Numbered from the stretch's first letter, positions 36,958 through 51,421 are shown. The stretch is 60,000 nt of DNA from Felis catus (GCF_018350175.1 NC_058368.1:60762001-60822000), one strand, 5' to 3'. Made by a program: numbers and translations. Notes: a model not told the origin generated them from the letters alone.

Positions 36958-37395
36958 GGGTACCTGGGTGGCTTAGTTGCTTAAGCGTCCAACTTAGCTC
37001 AGGTCATTATCAGATCTCATGCTTTCGCAGTTTGTGAGTTCAAGCCCTGCATCAGGCTTGCTGCTGTTAGTGCATAGCCTGCTTCAGATTCTCTGTCCCC
37101 CTCTCTCTTTGCCCTTCCCCCACCTTCTCTTTCTCTCTCTCTTAAAAACAAACATTAAAAAAAATAGAGTAATGGGGCGCCTGGGTGGCTTGGTCGGTTA
37201 AGTGTCCGACTTCAGCTCAGGTCATGATATCGCGGTCCGTTGAGTTCTAGCCCCGCGTCGGGCTCTGTGCTGACCTCTCAGAGCCTGGAGCCTGTTTCAG
37301 ATTCTGTGTCTCCCTCTCTCTCTGCCCCTCCCCTGTTCATGCTCTCTCTCTGTATCAAAAATAAATAAATGTTAAAAAATAAAATAAAAAAAAAT
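36958..37395 (+). mobile_element. Two head-to-tail Can-SINEs (36958-37165 and 37174-37395)
   Basis: The second, CpG-richer copy is flanked by an aaaaaaatagagtaat duplication. Confidence 0.95.
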
Positions 37396-37790
37396 AGAGT
37401 AATAATGTAACAAGTCAGTGGTTTATTCACTTTCTCCCAAAAAGAATGTAGATATGGAGAGTGTTTGAGGGACAATCATATTCAATCCACCTACTGATGC
37501 ACACATTATGCCCTATAAAATGCAGAGATAGTGATTATACTTATGGATTGAGATGCTTATTTATAATGCCTTTACCAGAGGAATGAGGTTTGTTTCAAAA
37601 CATTCACAAAAATTTCAGTGAAAACATCCGTTTATCTATTTGCTCTCTCCCATTTGGTCTTATTGGGTATGACATTTTCACCTCTTACAATTACATAAAC
37701 TTGCATGGTACCCATCAATTCTTACATCTGGATTGACTGAATACTGTTAACATTACAAGTTTTGTTTAAGCAAAAAAAAAAAAAAAGAGA

Positions 37791-39795
37791 CTAACACCAT
37801 ACATGAAAATAAACTCAAAATGGATTAAAGACCTAAATGTGAAACCTGAAACCATAAAAATCCTAGAAGAGAGCACAGGCAGTAATTTCTCTGGTATCAT
37901 CCATAGCAACACATTTCTAGACATGTCTCCTAAGGCAAGGGAAGCAAAAGGAAAAATAAACTATTGGGACTACATCAGAATAAAAAGCTTCTGCATAGCA
38001 AAGGAAATAAGCAACAAAACTAAAAGAAAACATACTGGATGGGAGAAGAGATTTGAAAATGACATATCTAATAAAAGGGTTAGTATCCAAAATATATAAA
38101 GAACTGATGCAATCAATACAAAATAAAACACAACTTAAAACAGGGCAGAAGATATAAATTGACATTTTTACCAAGAAGACACACAGATGACTAATGGACA
38201 CATGAAAAGATGCTCAATATCACTCATCAGCCGGGAAATGCAAATTGAAACCAGGAGATACCACTTCAAGCCTGTATGAATGGCTAAAATCATGCACACA
38301 AGAAACAAGCACTGCCAAGAATATGGAGAAAAAAGGAACATTTATACACTGTTGGTGGGAATGCACACTGGTACAGCCATTGTGGAAAATAGTATGGAGA
38401 TTCCAATTCAATTTACTGTTACACTATAAAAACAAACAAACAAACAAACAAACAATAAAAAAAGACAACCTAGGAATAAATTAAACTTAACCAAGAGGTA
38501 AAAGACCTGTACTCTGAAAACTATAAAACACCGATGGTTGATGAAAGAAATAGAAAATGACAGAGACAAATGGAAAGATAGTCCACGCTCATGGATTGGA
38601 AGAATTAATATTGTTAAAATGTCCATACTAGCCATAGCAATTTACAATTCAATGCAATCCCTATCAAAATGCCAACAACATTTTTAACACAACTGGAACA
38701 AATAATAAAATTTGTGTAGAACCACAAAAGACCCCAGATACCAAAGAAATCTTGAGAAAGAAAAACAAAGCTGGAGGTATCACAGTTTGAGACTCCAATT
38801 TATACTACAAAGCTACAGTAATAAAAACAGTATGGTACTGGCACATAAATAGACACATAGACCAGTAGAACAGAATAAATAGCCCAGAAATAAATGCACA
38901 CTTATATGGTCAATTAATCTATGACATAAGAGGCAAGAATATATAATGAGGAAAAGACAGTCTCTTCAATAAATGATTCTGGGAAAACTGAACATCTACA
39001 TGCAAAAGAATGAAACTGGACTGCTGTCTAACACCATTCACAAAAATAAACTCAAAGTGGATTAAAGACCAAAAAGTGAGACCTGAAGCCATAAAAATTC
39101 TAGAAGAGAACATAGGAAGTAATTTCTTTGACATTAGATATAACATTTTTCTATATATGGCTCCTGAGGCAAGGGAAACAAAAGCAAAAATAAACTATTG
39201 GGAGTACATTAAAATAAAAAGCTTTTGTGCAGCAAAGGAAAACATCAATGAAACAAAAAGGCAACCTACTGAATGGGAGAAGATATTTGCAAATGACATA
39301 TCTAACAAGGGGCTAATATCCAAAATCTAAAAGAAAATACTTGCACAACTCACCCTAAGTATGCATCAACACATAAATAGATATGGAAGATGTAATATAC
39401 ATGTAATGGAATATTGCATGGCTATGGAAAAGAAAGATCTTGCCATTTGTGACAACATGGATGGAGGTAGAGGGTATTATGTGAAGTAAAAAAAGTCAGA
39501 CTGATAAAGACAAATACCTTACGATTTCACTCATATATGGAATAAAAAAAAAGTTGAATAAACAAACAACCCAAAGCAGAATCATATCTACAAATACAAA
39601 AAAAACAAAAACAAAAACAAAAACAAAAACAAAAAAAACTGATGGTAGACAGAGGGAAGGGAGTGGGAGATTGGGCAAAATAAGCCAAGGAGAGTGGGAG
39701 ATACAGGCTTTCAGTTATGGAATGAACGAGTCATGCCAATAAAAGGTATAGCACAGGATATATAATCAGTGATAATTGTAGTAGCATTGTATGAG
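37791..39795 (+). mobile_element. Carnivore L1 ORF2/3' UTR fragments with a doubled segment
   Basis: [14 protein letters not shown] occurs twice. Also HCWWEC, LGIN.., [13 protein letters not shown], and a 3' UTR at about 39500-39790. Confidence 0.92.
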
Positions 39796-40359
39796 ACAAA
39801 CAAACTTTATAAATGTGGGGAGAAGGATGCCAGAGATATCTTATTATGACAATGTAGATCTAAAAACAATATTAGTAAACAGAATCTATCAGGTTAAAGA
39901 ATACTGTATCAGAAAAGATTACTATATTCCAGGAACACACGAGTGAGATACTCTATAACACATATATTTTATATAGTTACTAAGCAGAAAAATAACAAGA
40001 TAATTTTCATAGACATTGATAAGAATTTTTAAGTATTCAATACCTACACTTGCTTTTTTAAAAACTTCAGTAAAATTGGAATCAAATGATACTATCTTAA
40101 GAAGACATATGGACAATTAGATATTTTATAATAAAAAAAAGAAAAGAATTGTTACTGAAATCAGAAACAAAAAATGATGCCCATTATCTCCACCATTATT
40201 TAGCATTATTTGTAGATATCAGTCAGTACAAGACAAAAGTAAAGATATATATGATGGATATTTGGAAAGAAAAATGAAAACTAATCCTTTAATAGAGGCT
40301 ATAAATGTGTATATAAAAACCTAGTTCAGTTAATTGAAAAGTACTCTAAAAAAATTTAC

Positions 40360-40585
40360 AGAGTGGGAGACAAACCACAAGAGACTCTTAAACACAGAGA
40401 ACAAACTGAAGGTTGCTGTAGCAGAGGTTAATGGGGGGATGGGTTAAATGGGTGATGAGCATTAAAGAGGGCACTTGTTGGGATGAGCACTGGGTGTTAT
40501 ATGAAAGAGGTGAATCGCTGGGTTCTACTCCTGAAGCCAAGACTACACTGTATGTTAGCTAACTTGAATTTAAATTAAAAAAAAG
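40360..40585 (+). mobile_element. Short 5'-truncated carnivore L1 3' UTR insertion
   Basis: gagactcttaaa.acagagaacaaactg...gatgagcactgggtgttatatg...ttgaatttaaatt plus A-tail, with aaa.ttaca on both flanks. Confidence 0.88.
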
Positions 40586-41045
40586 AAAATTACAACCAGC
40601 ATATAAAATTGTTCTCTGGAAATCATTAGCTTTATGTATGAAAAACAACAACTACTCAACATTCATACTGGGAAAGGGGGTTCCATTTGTTACAGTTTGT
40701 GCACACATACACACAAATACACACATAAAACAGCCTAAGACAAATAGAAATAAAGTCAACAAAAAATAAAGTGCAAAACCTGTATTAAGAAAAATGTAAA
40801 ACATACATGATGGGAAAAATGTAAATTTTTAAAAAAGAAACTAATTTCATAGTAATGAATAAGGATAACCATTGACATAAAGTTGTCGATTTTCCCTGGA
40901 TTATTTGATAATTTAATGTGCACTTTTTTGATACAAAAGGCTTTATTTTTGATACCAAAGATGCTTATCCTGAAGTTCAGATAGAAAAAGAAACAATCAA
41001 AACCAGGCAAAAAAACTCTGAAAGGAAAGCAATTAGGAAAAATTA

Positions 41046-41255
41046 GGGGCGCCTGGGTGGCTCAGTCAGTTGAGCATCCCGCTTCGACTCAGGTCATGAT
41101 CTCATGGTTTGTGAGTTCAAGCCCTGCATCCGGCTCTGTGCTGACAGCTCACAGTCTGGAGCCTGCTTCAGATTCTGTGTCTCCCTGACTCTCTGCCCTT
41201 CCCCCACTCGTGCTCTGTTTCTCTCTCTCAAAAATAAATACACATTAAAAAAATT
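41046..41255 (+). mobile_element. Can-SINE
   Basis: ggggcgcctgggtggctcag head. Confidence 0.95.
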
Positions 41256-41424
41256 TAATATAGGAAAAGTTAAATTTTTTAATCAACAATGTTTGATGAT
41301 TGATCTTTCTGGAAAAAAAAAAGATGATGGGCTTCCATCCTTCACATTGTGTATCAGGACAAATTATGAGTGACTCGGGGTTTTAAATGTAACAAAACTA
41401 AATCTTAAAAGAAATGAGAAAAAC

Positions 41425-41530
41425 CCATGCCTAGCTCAGAGCTGGGGCTCGAACCCACAAACTGTGAGATCATGACCTGAACCAAAATCAAAAGTCAGAT
41501 GCTTAACAAATTGAGCCATCCAGGTGCTCC
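41425..41530 (-). mobile_element. Partial Can-SINE
   Basis: Only the antisense 5' half is present. Confidence 0.85.
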
Positions 41531-43484
41531 AGGACTTTCCATCTCTAATTTTGAACTGAGTCTTTAATTTTAATATTGAAATGAAAGATTTTCTATTCAT
41601 CAACAAAATTCCACATCAATACAAAAATTGTAACAATATATATATTTTCAAAAATCTATGTTTAAATAATACATAAACAAAGTCAAAATACAAATGATGC
41701 ACTAGGAAAGTACTTGAAGCTTATAGCATAAACAATAAATTATTATGTACAGAACCACTATAATTTGAGAAGAAAAATATCTATAAGCTACACAGAAATG
41801 GTGCCAGAGACTTAAACTTACACAGAAAAAGTTATTATTTCTAATTATTTCTAATCATGATCATAAGAAAAATGCAGTTTTAAAGTAACATTGTTTTTCA
41901 GTCCTGCTACTGTCAAAAACCCAAGAGTTGTCAATATTCATTTGATGCAGCTATAGGAAAATCTGCTTTGTAGAGCATTACAGGTGAGACTGCAAATTGG
42001 CTAAAACTCTCATAGAGGATAATCTGGCTGTATCCATCATCATGACGAAAAGATCTATCCTTGGTCCTTCCACAAACACTTTAGGGAATTTTCCTTCAGG
42101 CATTTATGCAGATATAGAAAATTATGTACATACAAAGTTTTTTATCATAATATTGTTAGTAATAGCAAAAACTGAAAACAAATGCCTATTTACACAGGAC
42201 TTGTTCACAACACTACCATATGCTATCACAAATGAATATTATTTGTCTATGAGAAACAACAAAAGAAAAATTTAGTGAATAAATTGCCTATGTACTGGTA
42301 TTTTCAAGTGAAAAATACAAGCTACAATGTAAATTTTATAGTATGCTTTGCTTATTTATTCAAGGGGTGAATATAAACACATAATCATATTTTGTAATGA
42401 ATTACTGGAATGACAGGAAATAAAATTGGTTACACGGGGAGGACTAAAATGCAGAAAAAATAATTTAGAGAGGAAAAGGGATGAGATCAAGACTTTTCAA
42501 TGCATAGCTTTGTGTATTGTTCTAAGAGTAGGACGGAGTAAACATACTGTCTATAAATTTAAAATGTGATGGTTCATTAAATTTTTTTTAATTTTTGTAT
42601 TTCACACCGTATCGATTTGATAGATTAAGGGTAGTATTCTTTCACTGGTAAGGGCATACATTTTTTGCCAGCATATGATCAAATTGTTCCTTCAAGCCAG
42701 GTATATTACTAAGTATTATTTAAAATGTCAGTTTATATATTGCCTTGGTAAGCAGTAAACTGACAGTGAGATCAAGCTCATTAAATTACAATTGTTTCTG
42801 AGATGATATTAAATTTATGAATGAGCAATTCCTTGCAATTTGGATTATGAACAAAACCTTTACATTTGTCCAAAATGTTTGGGAAAATTAAACTTTAATT
42901 TTTCACATTTTCTACAATGTCTATAAACTTTCAATAATGCATTCATTCAATGCCAATATAATAGTTACATTATATTCAGAAAATACTTTTAAAAGGCCAA
43001 ATTTTAGATAAACTGATAGAAATCAGAATCTACTGTTAGTAAATTTCTAAAAAAGAACTATATTCAAATTCTGGAAAACTATAAAAACATAAAAATAAGA
43101 GCAATTGTTATTATGTACACATTATAAATATCTATATAGCAATGAATATAGTCAAATATTCTATTCATCTAGTTCTCTTCAGAGTATAAAACATATAATA
43201 ACCTTCTGAATGTAGAAGTCAGAGTATACTTTGAATTTCTAAAATAAATTAAACAAACTTTCAATTCAACAAAGATGAAAATTAGAATAAAGCCTGAAGA
43301 CTGGAAAATGCATGATGAAATTCCAGGTTTAGAATTTTTAAAATTTAAATATTTCGTGAAGACCAAGCAAATGAACAATCAAGTTTTCAAAAGACAGTAA
43401 TTTTTAACAGTTGATGGCATAGAAATGATGATATAATAATTGAAAATGTAGGGTTTTGAGGAAGACAGCTCATAGACCAGTGAA

Positions 43485-43803
43485 GGGTTCAATCTCAACA
43501 AACCAACTGTGAGATCATGACCTCAGCCAAAATCAAAAGTCAGATGCTTCTTTTTTTTAATGCTTATTTAATTTAGAGAGAGACAGAGACAGAGACAGAG
43601 CAGGGGAAGAGCAGAGAGACGGGGAGACACAGAATCCAAAGCAGGTTCCAAGCTCTGAGCTGTCAGCACAGAGCCCAATGTGGGGCTTGAACTCACCAAC
43701 TGTGAGATCATGACCTGAGCCAAAGTTGGATGCTTAACTGACTGAGCCACCCAGGTGCCCCAAAAGTCAGACGCTTTAACCAACTGAGCCACCCAGGTGC
43801 CCC
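43485..43803 (-). mobile_element. Can-SINE nested within another Can-SINE
   Basis: Inner copy 43550-43761 is flanked by caaaagtcaga(t/c)gctt duplication. Confidence 0.93.
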
Positions 43804-43969
43804 TAAAATATTATTTTTAAAACTGTACTATCTAATAAAAAAAATTATCTCAATTTTGTTTTTGTTCTGATGTGCCTTGATTTTGTTTTAAATGTATAGT
43901 GTATTTACACTTAGTATATAAATTTACCACACACAAAAAAATAAATCTACCATGAAAGATACTTAACTT

Positions 43970-44580
43970 TTTGCACTTTTAAGACGTTATATTGTTTTCT
44001 GGTTTCTGCCTTTTCCAATGAGTAATCTGCCATTACTCTTTCAAAGGAGTGTCTCTAAGATGTTTGAGTTTGATTTTCTTTACATTTCTTATTTAGGTTT
44101 GCACCATTTTCTGCATCTGAGGATGAAAATCTTTCATCAGTTTTGAAACCTTCTAGAGTACTTTTTCTAGAATAAGTAGAAGAAATATCCCAGACTTTCC
44201 CTTCTTTCCTTCTCAGAGTCGAAGTGTATATACATTAAATTTTTCTATGTAGTCTACGTGCCATTTACACTTAATATTTTTACTTTGTGCTTCATTTTGA
44301 TTATTTTTTAATTGGGCTGTTTTCCAATTCACTATTTTTTCACTCTATAAATAATCTATTGTTACACTTGAATATTTCATTCTAATTTATATTTGTTTTA
44401 TCAGTTCCAAATAGTTTCATTCTTTTTCATACATCTCAAATACCTGATGAAATTCTCTACAACTGTATCTATTTAGTCATGCCATCATTTTCTTATTTTT
44501 TCAATATTTTAATAACAGTTATTTAAAGTTTTTTTTATCAGTTTACTACAATATTTGGATCATTTATGGGTCTGTCATTT
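43970..44580 (-). mobile_element. Decayed L1M ORF1-region relic
   Basis: T-rich antisense text such as attgttttctggtttctg..aatgagtaatctgc and tctttcatcagttttgaaa. Confidence 0.5.
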
Positions 44581-45489
44581 CATACACCTGAGAGATCCCT
44601 ATTTCCATGATGATTTGCTGGCCATGTGGCTCAGTGACGTAAGTGATGTGAGATTAACCATTTTCAGGCCATAAAGAATGATCCTTGAATGATGTTAGCA
44701 TTCTACTTTGACAATGACTAGTTTACAAATATTAAATGCTAAGCATTATCAACAGGAACATAAGAAAAAATATGCTCTGAAATTTTAACAGGGATAGAAG
44801 AGACATGTATCTCTTCTAGATATGGAACTTTATTGTGTGAAGCTTTATTGTGTGAGATTTGAAACAGTGAGCCATTTTGACACAGAGAGAATATTACAGG
44901 AGTTAATTCTCAAAAATTTTGGTCTCATAAAACCTATAACCAATGAAAAGTTAAGAACTCCCATAAGTTTTTACTATGGTATGTCCCATTCCTATGAATA
45001 TTTAATAGTATACATTTAAGAAGAAATATATAATTATTTAAGCTATTTAGTATTATTTATTGATATTAATCACTTTAATTTGTTATATAATTTAAATATC
45101 AAAATAGCAATAATTCATTATGTAGTAATATAGATTTTTTTAATGAATAATAACAATATACTTCAATGAGATGAGTAGCATTGTTTTACATTCTGTAAAT
45201 CTCTTTAATTCCTGGTGTGGAAATAAAAAATCAAGTCAACAAAAAAACACCCCCAAATCAATATAGGAGAGATTAAAACATGTTATTGCGTCTACAATTA
45301 AAGATAGAGGTGTGCAGATAGTCTAGTTTAGAGACTATACTTTTGGGACAAAATTCCACATAATTTATGCTGCCTACATATAGCATAAGAAATTATAGTA
45401 ATTTATACTAAGGAGAGAGAAAAAGTTGTACCTCATGAATGTTTCCTTTTTATCTCCTGTGAGGCCTTTCAATTAATTCCAGAAGTTGG

Positions 45490-46150
45490 AAATCTTCATT
45501 GAGAAAAATGTCCTCAAGACGAGATTTAAATGGAGCCAGAGAACAAGCCATATGAATGTACACTTGGCAGAGTGAAAAGGAAGTGCAAAGATTTTAAAGC
45601 AGGGGTATATTTGACATGTCATTGCAGGGCAGTTAGTGACAAGTAAGACATAAAACTGGAGAATTAATTGCAGACCAGATTACATCATTTTTAAAATAAT
45701 TTTACTTAAAAAGTTATTTTATTCTAGGTATGGTGAGAAGTCATTGAAGAATCTTGAGCCTAGACATTACAGGATATACCTAATATTTCCAAGTATTACA
45801 TTGTTTATCTCAAGAAAATTAGACTGAAATTGGGTGGAGAAACTAATCAAAACTATCATCACATCCCAGCAAGAAACTGAATGTGGGAATAGTAATTGTG
45901 GTGAGAATTGGTGGGTTCAGGTAATTATTTCATGGTTTAGACCACATGTATTTGCCAGAAAATGAAATGAGGGGCATGAAAGAAAGGCAGAATTTAATGA
46001 AGACCTTGTGGCATCTGGTCTGAACAAATAGAAGCATTTAGAGCCATTTGTTGAATTACAAATGCAGCATACGCGGCAGATTTGGGGTGAAAATCTACAA
46101 TTGGACTTCTGCCATGCTTTTTATTTATTTTTTTGAAATGCCAGTTAGAT
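45490..46150 (-). mobile_element. L2 relic
   Basis: aagtgcaaag..., ttttattctagg.atggtgagaagtcattgaag, gaaatgccagttagatat. Confidence 0.55.
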
Positions 46151-47374
46151 ATACCAGTTAATTTAGAATATTATTATAATTTTAAGATGGATAATTTTAT
46201 ACAATATAAATATAATTTTCATAACCTGAAGAATTATGGGAGGTTATTTTATTTCATTCCCTTATCCTCAAAACCTGTACAAAGACTTCTAGATGGTAGG
46301 TAACTCTTCAGGGTCATGCTTCTACACAGGGATAAGCTCCATCTCCCAGGATTAGTACATGTTTCGCAATATACAATGTTCATTACTTTTCTTTTTGAGA
46401 AACATCAAATATAAGAAGTGAGAAACTGAGGACATAATTGCTGCCATATACATCTGTTGGATGAGAAGTTTTTACTTTTGGTTTTATTTAGAACATATTC
46501 TACAACACCCAAGGAAAGACAATAGTATATAATTAACCCCTTTATATTAATTTCCCAGCCTCAACAATTACTTCAGGTTTTATAGGTAAAATGTTCTGAT
46601 TGCTATGCAGCTCAGTAAACATCATCTCATATAATTTAAATGCCATAAAAATGGTGCTTATAATTTTAAATTTATAAAATAGACTTTATATGTGAGATAC
46701 TGATTTTCCTAGGTCATAGAATTAACTAGTTTATGCAGATTCTAGTACATATCTGATACCAAAAGACAAATTTTCTTTTGTTAGTTTATGATATAATGTG
46801 TCTGAAAAATATCTAGGGACGCTTGTTGTGTGTGTGAGTGTGGTTATAGACAGAGAGAGGAAGAAGTAATGGTGCATGAGAAGGAAAAAGAAAGAGGAGA
46901 AGGAGAAAGACAAAACAAGGAATGAGTTTTTAAAATTTTATAAGAGATTATATATTTGAAATGATATTTTTCATTTGAAAAATCTATCTTCTAATCTGCC
47001 ATACATAAAAGAGTCTGCAAAAAAAATAAATATAGAATAGCTAAGTTTCTATGTAGTGTTTTTGGAATGTGAAAGTGCCATTTTAAATTTCTCTCTAAAA
47101 AAAGAAAAACATTAATTTCAGGACAGAAACATAGAACTACAGCATAAATGGCATTGAAAAGAATGGCCTGTGTGCACTTATTCGTTATTAACTTTGAAAA
47201 TTAGTATAAGCATTTTCAAAGAATGTTTAATCAAGGATATAACTTGCCACCCCAGGAGTCAGTCAATGTAGTGTAAGTATTTAAGCTGAACAAAGGGACT
47301 CTTAACCCCAAAAGTATATATTGAACATATAATCCTACATAAAAGATAATTAGATTTAAGATTTTTTAAAAAGA

Positions 47375-47565
47375 GGGGCACCTGGGTGGCTCAGTCGGTT
47401 AAGCATCAAACTCTTGACTTCAGCTCAGGTCATGGTTTCATGGTTGTCAAATTGAGCCCCACATCAGGCTCTGTGCTGAGCGTAGAACCTGCTTGGGATT
47501 CTCTTCCTCTCCTCCTGCCCCTCTCCTATGCTCACACCCTCTCTCTCTTAAAAAACAACAAAAAA
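47375..47565 (+). mobile_element. Can-SINE
   Basis: Head present, with aagattttttaaaa target-site duplication. Confidence 0.94.
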
Positions 47566-47874
47566 GATTTTTTAAAATAACTGAACAAAATTAAGATAAT
47601 AAAAGGCCAAATACATCTGAAGAAATAAAGCAAAATAATTTTCAGTATATCTTAATGGTTATAAAAACTCTGGAATGGGGAAAATATTGAAGTTGATGCC
47701 AAGTTTAGATATAGTTACTGAAATAAATTGAGAAGAAATAAATTTTTCATTTTAAACTAATTTAGAATTCATATTATTTCTCAGAGTAATTAATCATAGA
47801 ACTACTGATGATGTAAAGTGGTTTACACAATATCATATTTGTGCATATATAAAGATCTAAGAATCACTTTGGGT

Positions 47875-48282
47875 TTTCTTTTCCTTTTTTTTCTTTAGTT
47901 TATTTTTGAGAGAGAGAGAGAGAGTGAGCATGAGTGGGGGAGGGGCAGAGAAAGAGAGGGACAGAGGATCTGAAGCTCAATGTGGGGCTCGAACTCACAC
48001 ATCATGAGATCATGATCTGAGCTGAAATTGGATGCTCAGTCAACTGGACCACCCACGCACCCCTATTTTATTTTTTTTAATATGTATTTATTTATTCTAA
48101 GAGAGAACATGCACACGTGGGGGAGGGACACAGAGAGAGGGAGAGAGAGAAAATCCCAAGCAGGCTCCCTAATGTCAGCACAGAGCCAGACACAGGGTTC
48201 GATCTCAGGAACTGTGAAATCATGACCTGAGTGGAAATCAAGAGTTGGACACCTGACCAACTGAGCCACCCAGCTGCCCCCC
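47875..48282 (-). mobile_element. Two tandem antisense Can-SINEs
   Basis: Heads end at about 48063 and 48282. Confidence 0.92.
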
Positions 48283-48766
48283 ATTTGGGGTTCTTTATAA
48301 ATAGGACAAAGCTTCCCCTTCTACCTTGAAAAAAAATGTTGTTTGTAAATAAGAAACAGAATTTTTAAAATATTTTGGAATATCCTTTCTCCATGAATTT
48401 CCTTATTTCCAATTTCAAGTTAGTCTTCAAATTACAGAGATGTAATGCATGTATTACTGGGGAAAAACAACAACAACAACAAAGTTTATATTGACAAAGA
48501 CCTACATTTTTAAGGGTAAAATGAAACATGAAATTTAAGTTTCACATTATTTAAGTAAAAATGGCTTAATTATAGGCTTCTATTTCTTTTTTGCAATGCT
48601 TTCGGGGAAACAGTAGTCATGAAAATGCTATTATTATGTCAAAATCTGGACTTAAGAAAACATAAATACTTCATATAAGCCCACAGAAACTAAACTCTCT
48701 CCACCTTGAGACTTTCTTTGATCAGTTATAAAACCTGACATCATTACCGGACATTTGGAGTCCGGT

Positions 48767-48938
48767 ACAGGCTGCATGTTTGTGCCCCCCACCAAATTCA
48801 CATGATGAAGTCCCAACACCTAATGCGATGGCATCTGCATTTGGAGACTTTAGTAAGTAATTAGATCCTAAGGGCAGGACCCTCGTCTCATGAGATTAAT
48901 GCCCTTTATAAGAAGAGTCACCAGAGAGCTACTTATTT

Positions 48939-48982
<44 letters not shown>

Positions 48983-49212
48983 AATCTCTCCCTCTCCCTC
49001 CCCCATCTCTCTTTCTCTCTGTGCCAGGTGAGAAGGCAATGAGAAAGCACAGCCATGTGCTATCCAGGAAAAGTGTTCTTGTCAGAAACTGACCACACTG
49101 GCACCCTTACCTCCAACTTCCAGCCTCCATAACTGTGAGTAAATAAACGCCCGTTGTTTAAGCCACCCAGTTTATTTTGTATTTTGTTATGGCATCTTGA
49201 GCTGACTAAAAC
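48767..49212 (+). mobile_element. MLT1A-like MaLR LTR with (CT)n expansion
   Basis: aaattcacatgatgaagtcc..; gcccttataagaaga; acttccagcctccataactgtgag.aaataaa; tttaagccacccagt. Confidence 0.88.
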
Positions 49213-51373
49213 AGATGCTAATACTATCATGTTGTGGTTTCTCCAGTTCTGCCTCTGTGTCTGAGAAATTTTAGCAAAAAGAAAGGCTGTATGTTTTATT
49301 TAAAACTTCCCAATGGAAGAGGAAAGAAAAGCAGAATAAGATATGTGGTTATGTAATGAGTTTTGTTATCTGTCTTTCCTGTTTCTTCTGTATTCTATAT
49401 AAACACACTTTTTTATTGAATGAATCAACATTTCTTATTGTATTGTTTTCATTTCTAATACATATAGTTTTAAATAAAATTTAATATATAAACAGTATTT
49501 AATAAGAAACATGACCTCACAAGTTAACTGGTATATATTTTAATTCCTCATTGTCATTTGTTTTATAGTTAAACTCAGAAAATAAGAATTCTTGGCACTT
49601 CAGGACCTCATATCATCTTGAAGGTGAGCCTAAAAAAGTCACACAGCACACAGACATGAATCAGCTTCTAATTTCTGAGCTTCTGGGGAACTATCCCAAC
49701 ATAATCCAGGCCGAAGAATGACTACCTCTCTGAGAAGGTAAATAAGAATGATTGCATACTCATGGAAGATGGGAAGAGTACAGGAAGAGAAAAGGTAGAA
49801 TAATAAATATCTACAGATAGTAAGATCATGATAAATTGTGTTATTATTTATATAAATACACTGCCTTTCCCTGGGAATGCGTTATTCTTCTGTGGATTAC
49901 TCATGTTACTTGACTTTTGAAATGTGAAGGAACATGAGATCTTTAACCTCTGAGTGGTAGATTTAAAAACACTACCATGTATAGGCTGATACATAGCTTC
50001 GGCTCTCAAGTTAAGACAATACTGGAGAGGACTTACAGCTTACCATTAAAGAATAAATAATGGGATATCAAAATAAAAATTTGTATAAATCACTTAGGCC
50101 ATTTTTACTGTAGCATAAATTAGATTTATCTGATTGATAAGCCTTTTCACTTTCACCCTCAGAATTCTGGCAGCATGGCTTATGCTTTCCAGGATTGTAT
50201 CACTTTACACTAGGAAATCTGATTAGTCAAGGAAAAAAGACTTAAAGATTCTGTCACTCAGAAGCATTGCACATCAGTACTGTTAGACTAAGAACCTTAG
50301 TAGATGAGACTGATACTTCTAGAAAGAAGTTCTAATCTTTCCCACATGAAAACCATCAACTGAGATCTCAAATAATTTCCATACATGGAGTTCCAGCAAA
50401 TATAAGGTCACACAAATATGTACACGCAAACCTTGAAACATCTTAGTAAGTGTGATTCAGATATACTAGCTCTTTAGGGCCCTACTCTTAAATAGGAACA
50501 AGCAAACAAAAATAACAAAGGGCTACGAAATATCTTTAACAGAAACACAGAATCAAAAACAAACTGATTGGAATTTGGTAGAAATTGGAACCAGTCTTTA
50601 AAAATTGTCTTTGAAAACTTTAAATATTTAAAGCTTAATTAGTATCTTCAGAAGTAAAAAAAAAAAAAAAAATAGAAGGATACATGAATTATTGGACTGA
50701 ATATTACAAAAAGGAAGATGCAGTGAATAAGATGAAGCTCTTAGAAACTATTATAGAAATTTTGAAAAACAATAAAATATTAGAATATAGAGATGATGAA
50801 ATAAACAGAAATGAAAATTAGAAGAGATGGTTTAAGAAAATCAAACCAGAGATCCAACATCTCAATAACAGAAGTTTCAGAAAGAAAACAGTAAAAGAAG
50901 GATGTTATCAAGAAAATAACAAAAGTTATTTTTAAAGAATTTAAGGATCTCAATTCCCAAATAAAAAGGGCTGATAGAGTAAACAGCACAAACACTATAG
51001 TAAAAATTAAACAACACTCTCCCCAAAAAACACCAAACAAACCTCCATTTATAGATTTTCTATGAACTAGAAATATTGAAAGATTCTTGCTACAAAACAC
51101 TAATAATCGGAGAAAACAAAATATTAAAACGATTAAAAGGGGTTGAAAGAAAATAAGGAAAAACATTTCTGAAGTGAGCATTCTGAAGTGATTCTGGTTA
51201 TCTGTGCAGTTTCTTAACTTAGAGATTTGGTTTGCAGATTCTTAACTTAGAGATGGATGGATAATGGAAAAAAATCCTTGAACCTACACAGGATAGGAAA
51301 TCTTACTGTAGATCATACTGTATAGAGACAGGCCTTAGAAAAAGTTAAGATGAAAAGGGTGAACTAGGGGAAA

Positions 51374-51421
51374 ACACACACACACACACACACACATACA
51401 CACACACACACACACACATAC
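51374..51421. repeat. (CA)n microsatellite
   Basis: Directly visible. Confidence 0.95.

Larger units (their letters stand above)
39820..42520 (+). mobile_element. Highly decayed L1M(E) relic hosting younger insertions
   Basis: gaaatcagaaacaaaaaatgatgcccattatctccacc, aaatcattagcttt, gaggataatctggctgtatc. Confidence 0.6.

Noticed and set aside
37803..39330. ORFs similar to a reverse-transcriptase protein
   Set aside because: They are broken L1 ORF2 fragments with stops and frameshifts, not a functional gene.
5980..51255. Short local tandem duplications (about 5982-6022, 9633-9690, 19271-19310, 44828-44854, 51207-51254)
   Set aside because: These are ordinary slippage duplications. There are no regularly spaced repeats with unique spacers, so no CRISPR-like array.
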